A stretch of DNA of 64,000 bases from Fibrobacteria bacterium (GTDB lineage Bacteria; Fibrobacterota; Fibrobacteria; UBA11236; JADFYW01): assembly GCA_050294405.1 (NCBI GenBank), contig JBNKOC010000004.1, positions 1 through 64,000 of the forward strand. The letters are read 5' to 3'. The notes beneath the pieces were generated by a model. That model saw only the letters and a list, made by a program, of their open reading frames with translations, did not search any database and was not told the origin of the DNA. The translations under genes and the position numbers were made by a program. This document shows positions 57,169 to 64,000 of this stretch, piece by piece. Positions within the stretch are counted from its first letter, which is position 1. Each line of letters starts with the position of its first letter.

Positions 57169-57171
57169 CAG

Positions 57172-58059
57172 TTATTCCAAATTCATCGACTGCTCACGCA
57201 TTTTTTCGATTTCTTCTTTCATATCCACACACAAATGCTGGATACCTGAATGCTGGCATTTGGAGCTCATGGTATTTACTTCCCGCAGCATTTCCTGAAG
57301 GACAAAACCCAGTTTTTTACCCGGAGTTCCTCCCCGATTCAAAGTTTCCTGGAACAATTTCAAGTGGGCCTCGAAGCGAACAAGCTCTTCGGAGATGTCC
57401 AATTTTTCACCTAACATTCCAGCCTCAATTAAAATTCTTTCTTCGGCTATGGAGCTTTGCTGACAAAGTTCCGAAATCCGGCTGCGGTATTTTTCCCTCA
57501 AATCTTCTATTCTTCCTGGCAGGTAATTTTGAACTTCCGAGAGCCAGGTTCCAAACAAACCTAATCTGTTTTGCAAATCGCCAATTAATTTTTGCCCTTC
57601 TTCTTCCCGGGATTTTTGCAAAGATTCACAGGCTTTGGAAAAAACAGGCAATACTTGATTTTTAATATTTTCCAATAATTTGGGGTCACTTTGGTAAACC
57701 AGCAAATCGGGGATTTTTAGCAAACCGCCTAAATCGATTCTCGAAGCTTCCCCCAGTTGGTTTTTAAGTTCTCCCAGAGCCATCTTATATTGCTTGAACA
57801 GAGATTCATTTATACTTAGCATGTTATTGGATTCGCTTTTGTTTTCATAAATCACAAAACAACTCACAGAACCCCTGGTTATCCACTTGCTCAGCTCTTC
57901 GCGAAACAAAGGCTCTAAAGAAGATAACATTCGGGGCAGCTTAAACTGGGTTTCCAAATAGCGGTTGTTCACAGTTTTTATTTCTATTTCCGCTGTAAAT
58001 TCTTCGTTAGATATTTCCGCCTTTGCAAAGCCAGTCATACTTTGAATTTTATTTTTCAT
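57172..58059 (-). CDS. yicC: YicC/YloC family endoribonuclease
   Basis: SMTGF, EIKTVNNRYL, DISEELVR, GKKLGF.LQEM.REVNT, EKMREQ..NLE. Confidence 0.93.
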   Translation of the reverse strand: MKNKIQSMTGFAKAEISNEEFTAEIEIKTVNNRYLETQFKLPRMLSSLEPLFREELSKWITRGSVSCFVIYENKSESNNMLSINESLFKQYKMALGELKNQLGEASRIDLGGLLKIPDLLVYQSDPKLLENIKNQVLPVFSKACESLQKSREEEGQKLIGDLQNRLGLFGTWLSEVQNYLPGRIEDLREKYRSRISELCQQSSIAEERILIEAGMLGEKLDISEELVRFEAHLKLFQETLNRGGTPGKKLGFVLQEMLREVNTMSSKCQHSGIQHLCVDMKEEIEKMREQSMNLE

Positions 58060-58111
58060 AAAAACTTTCTTTTAATATCAGTGGGGGTTTTTGCTGAAGC
58101 AGTTTTGTTAG

Positions 58112-58186
58112 TGGAGGCGACAAGCGGATTCGAACCGCTGAATAAAGCTTTTGCAGAGCTCTCCCTTACCACTTGGGTATGTCGCC
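58112..58186 (-). tRNA. tRNA-Cys (GCA)
   Basis: minus strand GGCGACA...GAGCTCTGCAAAAGCTT...GGTTCGAATCCGCT TGTCGCC T CCA. Confidence 0.96.
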
Positions 58187-58220
58187 AACAAGGGCAATTT
58201 TAGAAAAAATTTTAAATAGT

Positions 58221-58727
58221 TCAATTGCCAGAAAGAGGATTTGGCCAATTTTGGAGGGATTGGGAAAATTGGGCTAAATCTTCCTGGGTACACATAAATT
58301 TTAAACTGATTATAGAGTCACCATGTCCCCCCGAAAGTTTATCGGGATTCATGGTAAACAGGTCGATAGACGCCTCCACCTCGTAAAAATCACCATTGGC
58401 TTTAAGGGAAATTTTAAAATCCTTATTCCCCGCCTCGTATTCCCAAGCACCGTTTTTCTCATTGCCGATTTTAACCAGAAAGTTCTGCAACTCCACAATT
58501 TCATCCTTATTAATATCCGAAACCACGGATCCCTGGTTAGAAGAGTAAATTTCCTTAAAGCTCCCTAAACCGGAATTCAGCATGGAAAGGCTGCAATAGT
58601 AGGTAATCCAATTGTCAGAACTTTTCGGTCCAAGAAAAATTGAAAACTTCAAATCCCCACAGTCGTTTTTTAATGAAAATTCATGAAGTTTTTGTGTGTC
58701 TATTTGGGCTGATTTTTTAATTTTCAT
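58221..58727 (-). CDS. hypothetical cytoplasmic protein (weakly WapI-like)
   Basis: 168-aa ORF; DNWI and L.F...EDLAQF..SL segments. Confidence 0.55.
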   Translation of the reverse strand: MKIKKSAQIDTQKLHEFSLKNDCGDLKFSIFLGPKSSDNWITYYCSLSMLNSGLGSFKEIYSSNQGSVVSDINKDEIVELQNFLVKIGNEKNGAWEYEAGNKDFKISLKANGDFYEVEASIDLFTMNPDKLSGGHGDSIISLKFMCTQEDLAQFSQSLQNWPNPLSGN

Positions 58728-58818
58728 AAGTAATTATGAATTTGAGTGTTTCTAACGAATCTTCTTCATATTACTACATTTACAGCTTTGACGCTACATA
58801 ATTGGGGTTCGAACCCTT

Positions 58819-60255
58819 TTGATGGGAAATTTTACAATGAATAGTTCAAATTATCACGATGAATTGGAAAAAAATAAAAAGAGAAACCTAATTGTGGTGG
58901 GAGTTGTAGGGGCTTTGGCCCTTGCTGCTGTGCTGGTAGGAGTAAGTACCCTCATTAACAAATCTAGGGAACCCAAACCATTTATCACTGAAGAAGAACC
59001 TGTTACTCCGGAGGTTTCAGAAAACACAGGGCCAACAGAGGCGGAATTAGCTGCGCAAAAGGCTAAGGAAGAAGAAGCCAGAGCTGAGGCAGAGGCCAAA
59101 GCAAAGGCCGAAGCGCAAGCTAAAGCGAAAGCCGAAGCAGCTGCCAAAGCCAGGGCAGAAGCAGATGCTAAAGCTAGAGCCGAGGCAAAGGCTAAAGAAA
59201 ACAGTGCTGCCGCCAAGGAAGCCAAAGCGAAAAAAGAAGCCGCAGCTAAGGCTGCTGCAGAAGCGAAAGCTAAAAAAGCTGCCGAAGATAAGGCCCAAGC
59301 CGAAGCGGCTGCTAAAGCAAAGGCTGAGGCCCAAACTAAGGCTAAAGCCGCTGAAGAAGCCAAAGCGAAAAAGTTAGCTGAGGAAAAAGCTAAAAAAGAA
59401 GCCGCAGCCAAGGCAGCGGAAGAAGCCAAGGCTAAAAAAGCTGCAGAAGAAAAAGCCAAAGCTGAAGCTGCCGCTAAAGCCAAATTAGAGGCAGAGGCTA
59501 AAGCAAAGGCCGAGGCAGAAGCCAAGGCTAAAGCAGAGGCAGAGGCTAAAGCGAAAGCCGAAAAAGAAGCTGCGGCACAAAAGGCCTTTCAGGCAGAAGA
59601 TTTAAAAGAACCCGATAAAGTAGAAGTCAGCCAGGATGCCAAGTTAGCGATGGTGGATAAAGTTGAGCCTTCTATCGAAGGAGAAAACCTGGCTTCCAGC
59701 ACATCTGATTTTCAATTGGGAATGAATGCCTACCAAGGCGGAAATTTTAAAAATGCAGTTACAGCCTTTAATAAAGTACCTGTACCATCCACAAAACAGC
59801 GTGGAGCTAAAGATAGAGAGGAATATGTAAATGCTAATTTTTTTAAGGGCTTATCCTTACAAAAACTGGGCTCTTTAAAAGAAGCGGTTTCGGCTTATCA
59901 AAATGTTTTGAAATATGAAAAGTATTTTCCCGTATGCCAAATGAACCTGGGCATATGTTATGTAGAACTTCGGCAATTTGGCAAAGCTGACAAGGCCTTT
60001 AAAAATGTAGTTAGGGATCATACCAGGATTCCTCCTGCCCAGTATGACGATGTAATGCAACGCACAAGATATTTTTGGGCCATTGCCTGGACACGTCTCT
60101 ATAAAGCAGCTACAAATCCAGATAAAAAAGCTTATTTTAAAAATCAGGCGACTTTGCGCTGGAACGATTATCAAGCCTGGTATGGTTCCAATAGTAAATA
60201 TGCCAAAGCAAATGAACAGGCAAAAAATTACATTAACAGTTTGAACGGGCGTTAA
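58819..60255 (+). CDS. bitopic membrane protein with TolA-like Ala/Lys/Glu helical stalk and C-terminal TPRs
   Basis: basic patch + single TM; ~180 aa AKAKAE repeats; TPR motifs (FQLG..AY..G.F..A; NLG.CY..L.QF.KA..AF). Confidence 0.85.
   Translation: MMGNFTMNSSNYHDELEKNKKRNLIVVGVVGALALAAVLVGVSTLINKSREPKPFITEEEPVTPEVSENTGPTEAELAAQKAKEEEARAEAEAKAKAEAQAKAKAEAAAKARAEADAKARAEAKAKENSAAAKEAKAKKEAAAKAAAEAKAKKAAEDKAQAEAAAKAKAEAQTKAKAAEEAKAKKLAEEKAKKEAAAKAAEEAKAKKAAEEKAKAEAAAKAKLEAEAKAKAEAEAKAKAEAEAKAKAEKEAAAQKAFQAEDLKEPDKVEVSQDAKLAMVDKVEPSIEGENLASSTSDFQLGMNAYQGGNFKNAVTAFNKVPVPSTKQRGAKDREEYVNANFFKGLSLQKLGSLKEAVSAYQNVLKYEKYFPVCQMNLGICYVELRQFGKADKAFKNVVRDHTRIPPAQYDDVMQRTRYFWAIAWTRLYKAATNPDKKAYFKNQATLRWNDYQAWYGSNSKYAKANEQAKNYINSLNGR
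59041..59580 (+). repeat. degenerate coding repeat (AKAKAE/EAAAKA) in TolA-like stalk
   Basis: low-complexity GCT/GCC/AAA/GAA codon repeats. Confidence 0.9.
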
Positions 60256-60269
60256 GGATAGGGGTTTTT

Positions 60270-61541
60270 ATGATTAAGTTCTGCTTAATTGGTGCTATAG
60301 TATTTGGTTCTCTTCCAATTTTTGGAAGTCAGCCCACACATGCGGTTAAATCGGCAATTATTGTAAGTTCCGAAAACCCAAAGCTAGATGGCCAGTTGTT
60401 CCATCCAAAGCTCAGCCCTCACAATGTAGATCACCTGGTTTTTGTGCGGCAGGAAAAAGACGACCGCCAATTGTGGTTCATGGACATAAAAACCAAGGAG
60501 CTAAAACAAATCACTCCAGTTAAAAAATCCAATAGCATTGAGGACTTTGAAGATTCTGAAGAAATGAATTTCTTTCAGGCTTATGCGGATCAGTTGGAGT
60601 GGTGCCCTGTTTTACACGATGGCAAAGAATATGTAGCCTATGTTAGCTCAGGCACAGGCAACAATTTGGATGTATACATCCATGAAATCGGTTCTGATGT
60701 GCACACTCGTGTAACTTCTCACCCCGAAGTGGACGAATCTCCCCGTTGGTCCCCCGATGGCAAAAAATTGGTTTTTGTATCCGCAAGATCAGGTAATGGA
60801 GACCTCTATATCATTGAGGACATTGAAGATTACCTTGGAGAAAAACAAACTAAAGAAAACCCAAAGGATTTAATCCAACTAACCAAAAATAAAAATGAAG
60901 ATATGCTTCCTGCTTTTTCCCCTGATGGCCGTTACTTAGCCTATACCGTTCGCACCATGGGTAAAAAGAAAAGAGGGCCTTATACTATTGCCTTAATGGA
61001 TTTCAAAAACAATCGCAAAATCAGCCTCTTTAACAATAGGATTGTAAACTCAAAAAGCCATCCAAGCTGGTCCTTTGACGGTCATTTTGTGGCTTATCAA
61101 ATTTCCAATGATTTAAAGGACCGAGCTGTGGATATTGGAGTCATGCAATTAAAAATCGATCCTATGGGACGGTTAATTGAATTGACAGATTTAATTGGAA
61201 ACACGCCAAAGATTGCAGAGAATGTATACCCCAATAGTTACCGAGGCCCCACCTGGTTACCTGGTTCCAGAGCCTTGATATATGCCAAAAGAGAATCCAG
61301 CCGATTAAACCCCTTAGAGGTTGTCAACCTGGAACAATGGTTATACAATCAAAACTATGAAAGGGTTACCATTAATACCACTTCAAATATTCACAGAGAT
61401 GTGGACTGTTTACCCAACCACCCTATCGTGGTTTTTGCCGGACAGGAAGGACTTACCTTTAACATCTTCGGATCTCTTTTAGATGGAACCGATATTAAAA
61501 TAAAGGGGACAAACCCCAGTAATTATGCATTGTTTAAATAA
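60270..61541 (+). CDS. TolB-like PD40 beta-propeller protein
   Basis: PRWSPDGKKLVFVS.RSGN.DLY, PAFSPDGRYLAY, PSWSFDG; signal peptide. Confidence 0.88.
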   Translation: MIKFCLIGAIVFGSLPIFGSQPTHAVKSAIIVSSENPKLDGQLFHPKLSPHNVDHLVFVRQEKDDRQLWFMDIKTKELKQITPVKKSNSIEDFEDSEEMNFFQAYADQLEWCPVLHDGKEYVAYVSSGTGNNLDVYIHEIGSDVHTRVTSHPEVDESPRWSPDGKKLVFVSARSGNGDLYIIEDIEDYLGEKQTKENPKDLIQLTKNKNEDMLPAFSPDGRYLAYTVRTMGKKKRGPYTIALMDFKNNRKISLFNNRIVNSKSHPSWSFDGHFVAYQISNDLKDRAVDIGVMQLKIDPMGRLIELTDLIGNTPKIAENVYPNSYRGPTWLPGSRALIYAKRESSRLNPLEVVNLEQWLYNQNYERVTINTTSNIHRDVDCLPNHPIVVFAGQEGLTFNIFGSLLDGTDIKIKGTNPSNYALFK

Positions 61542-62943
61542 AATAACATTAAGCCTTTGTTGCTCATTAGGATTGGCCGCCACCTGTTTTGCCGATCCCC
61601 TTAGCAAGTTAAAATCACACCACTACCTGGAAGCCATTCAGGAGTGGGAGCCTCAGGCCAGCTCCGCAGCACAAAATGCAGAAAAGCTAAAAGCTTTAAA
61701 AGGCCAGGCCATTGCTTACAAGAGCTTAGGCGATCTTTATTTAACTATGCAAAAACTCTCCTTGGAATTAATTGAAGAGTACTACAATGCTATTGCCGAG
61801 AACCACAGCTCCCCTACTTTAATGATGTATAGGGGCCAATTGGAATTTTACAAAGGCAATTACCACATGGCCATTAAACTCATGGAAAAGGTTATTCGCA
61901 CAAAAGGGGTCCCTGGGGAAATTGTGGATTACGCCAAAGTTTACCGTCACTATTCCCTGAACAAGATTCACAATAAAAAGGGACAGTTTATTTTAAACTC
62001 CAAATATGTTGATGTAAAATGGCAAATGTATGAGTTAGACGAAGATCAATCCATTCCTGCTGGAATGATGACTCCCAGTATCAGAAGCCACCGCAATCGT
62101 TTAAGAATGTTAATGCGCAGCAACAATGTTTCCGAAAAAGAAATAATGGTTAGCCTGAAACCTATTTTAGATTCGGAAGATCAGGCAGAGGTTAGCCTTG
62201 AAAAGGGAAAGTTAACCCAAATTAATTTTTACGATCCCATATTAATTCAAACTGTAGGTGAAACTTTTCATTACATCAGCCGGCTAAAATATCTGGAAAT
62301 AAAAAAGTTTGAAAACAAATATCCAAATCTGGCAGAAAAATTTAATACCGATTACAGCATGGCCTACTCCAGTTACAAAGTCGGGAAATACAAAGAAGCC
62401 GAAAGATTGATTTCCAGTGAAAGCTCAACTGAAGCTCAAATCCTGCATGCAAGAGTACAAGCCGGTTTAGGTAATAAAGCCGAGGCCCGAAAAATTTTAG
62501 CCAGCCTGGAAAAAAAGGTTAAAGAACCCGATGAAATGAGAGACTTGGGTATCGCTTATTTAGAATTGGGCATCAGCCAAAAAAACGCTTTAGAATTCAC
62601 TAAAACGGCTTTGGCGAAAAAGAAATCTTCTTCCTACTACAAAGATTACGCCCGGGTCCTCATATCCATTGGTAAAAACCAGGATGCTCTGGACAATTAT
62701 TCAAAAGGCTATAAAATCCAGTATCGCAACAACATCGAACAAAACGATCCGGAATATATGATTGAATATGCTACAGCCATTTTTAAATTGAGCAAGATGA
62801 GATTTGAAGAAGTGGTTGAAACCATGTATCACATTCAAAAGGTATTTCCAGTTACTCGTTTAATGCATTACTGCATGCAAGGTATTGCAGCTGCCAATAC
62901 AAATACTTTTAACAGCGAAAAAATCTTTAGAAAAGGTGGCTGA
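61525..62943 (+). CDS. exported TPR protein
   Basis: signal peptide; multiple TPR-like helices; overlaps upstream gene. Confidence 0.75.
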   Translation: MHCLNKITLSLCCSLGLAATCFADPLSKLKSHHYLEAIQEWEPQASSAAQNAEKLKALKGQAIAYKSLGDLYLTMQKLSLELIEEYYNAIAENHSSPTLMMYRGQLEFYKGNYHMAIKLMEKVIRTKGVPGEIVDYAKVYRHYSLNKIHNKKGQFILNSKYVDVKWQMYELDEDQSIPAGMMTPSIRSHRNRLRMLMRSNNVSEKEIMVSLKPILDSEDQAEVSLEKGKLTQINFYDPILIQTVGETFHYISRLKYLEIKKFENKYPNLAEKFNTDYSMAYSSYKVGKYKEAERLISSESSTEAQILHARVQAGLGNKAEARKILASLEKKVKEPDEMRDLGIAYLELGISQKNALEFTKTALAKKKSSSYYKDYARVLISIGKNQDALDNYSKGYKIQYRNNIEQNDPEYMIEYATAIFKLSKMRFEEVVETMYHIQKVFPVTRLMHYCMQGIAAANTNTFNSEKIFRKGG

Positions 62944-62963
62944 ATATATTTCGGAGCAAGAAT

Positions 62964-64000
62964 ATGATTAAAAAATCTTCTACAACAAAAGGCGAAAAAA
63001 TGGTTAAAAATTTGGGACGTTTTACAGCGCTTGCCGCATTAGGTTTATTGTCGCTGACAGGTCCGCTTGCCGCTCAACAGGCAAATCAAGGTGGCGAAAT
63101 CACCTATGCGGAACTTATTCTTCCAGATACATACAATCCTCTTTCCACCACCGATAATGAAACTTCTCTGAGACTTTCCGAGTTAATCTTTGAATCGCTG
63201 GTTTATATCGACCACCGGGGCGATGTTAAAGGAAGGTTGGCAGAAAAATGGAAAGTTTTCAATGGAAACAAACGCATTGTATTCACACTGCGCAAAAACA
63301 TCAAATGGCACGACGGAACCCCATTTACTGCCGAAGATGTAAAGTTCACTTTTGACGCTATTGTAAACCCACTTTCCGATATTCCCCGGGAAAGAAAAAA
63401 AGCTCTGGAAGTGGTAAAGTCCGTTAAAGTAATGAGTAATAACGTTATAAAATTTGATTTTGCCAATAGCGTGCCAGAACCAGAAAAACGCTTTCTATTT
63501 AAAATATTGCCTCAGCACGTATTTAAAAAGCCTGTCATTTCCAAAATGACCAAATTCGCTAAAACCCCGGTTGGCACTGGATATTTCCAGTTCGTAAGAG
63601 AAACCAAAAATAAAGATGTTATTCTAAAAGCTTTTAACGATCACTATCTAGGCGGCCCTAACATCCAGCAAATCACCATGCGCTACCAACCAGAAGTTTC
63701 TCTATTGGTTCAATCCTTAATATTAAACGCCATAGATTTGATGATTGAGGTTCCCCCTCAAAAGATCACAGAGATTGCAAATACCGGAAAATTTTCCATT
63801 TTACCTTATAACTCCCTAACATTTGCCTTTTTTGGTTATAATTTTGATAATCCTGTGCTTAGGATAAAAGAAGTTCGCCAAGCCATGACATTCGCTTTAG
63901 ATCGGCAAAAAATGCTTGACGATATATATTTTAGCAGAGGTGAAGTCATATCAGGCCCCTTCTCTCCTGCTTCGTGGGGTTACAACCCTGATGTGGAGCC
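62964..64000 (+). CDS. family 5 (peptide/nickel) ABC transporter solute-binding protein, truncated by window edge
   Basis: translated by hand (not in ORF track): YNPL, IFESLV, GRLAEKW, FTLRKNIKWHDGTPFTAEDVKFTF, PVGTG.F, VRQA...ALDR; GGAG RBS; alternative ATG at 63000. Confidence 0.92.
   Translation, partial: MIKKSSTTKGEKMVKNLGRFTALAALGLLSLTGPLAAQQANQGGEITYAELILPDTYNPLSTTDNETSLRLSELIFESLVYIDHRGDVKGRLAEKWKVFNGNKRIVFTLRKNIKWHDGTPFTAEDVKFTFDAIVNPLSDIPRERKKALEVVKSVKVMSNNVIKFDFANSVPEPEKRFLFKILPQHVFKKPVISKMTKFAKTPVGTGYFQFVRETKNKDVILKAFNDHYLGGPNIQQITMRYQPEVSLLVQSLILNAIDLMIEVPPQKITEIANTGKFSILPYNSLTFAFFGYNFDNPVLRIKEVRQAMTFALDRQKMLDDIYFSRGEVISGPFSPASWGYNPDVE

Noticed and set aside
58805..58817. GGGTTCGAACCC resembling a tRNA T-arm or att remnant
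   Set aside because: No other tRNA arms, no match to the nearby tRNA-Cys 3' end and no integrase.
58854..59525. 223-aa Ala/Ser/Leu-rich antisense ORF (and 59047-59334)
   Set aside because: Mirror of the AKAKAE coding repeat on the + strand, which lacks antisense stop codons.
1..64000. CRISPR array, prophage, transposase, rRNA or recognisable defence system
   Set aside because: No regularly spaced repeats or diagnostic motifs seen by eye; short or degenerate elements could be missed.

Overview
Gene-dense, AT-rich bacterial chromosomal window with about 60 CDS, tRNA-Gln(TTG) and tRNA-Cys(GCA). Gene content suggests a Gram-negative FCB-superphylum organism, most likely a free-living Fibrobacterota (inference: secreted CAZymes with basic T9SS-CTD-like tails, no SusC/SusD). 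Layout: pxpABC; an ~11 kb plant-cell-wall enzyme cluster (GH53, GH11, GH45-like, CE8, tandem SGNH, GH44); UDPGP-type pyrophosphorylase / glutaminyl cyclase / acyltransferase; epmA-efp-epmB; dnaA (no dnaN, no obvious oriC) heading an outer-membrane operon; squalene synthase-lspA-rluD; topB; metallopeptidase-propeller-Omp85; aroD; argF followed by a KaiC-like ATPase, two small membrane proteins and a receiver; ispE-tRNA-rplY-pth; a Crp cassette; lgt, zwf, yicC; and a TolA-like/TolB-like/TPR/solute-binding protein operon running off the right edge. Best novelty candidates: (1) a GH45 domain whose motifs are in circularly permuted order; (2) a kinase-less KaiC-CII-like ATPase + two 3-TM proteins + CheY-like receiver module; (3) an operon pairing a 1170-aa protein with a SprA-like motif with an Omp85 protein. 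No CRISPR array, rRNA, prophage or intact transposase was seen. All family calls are from motif recognition only; no database searches were run.
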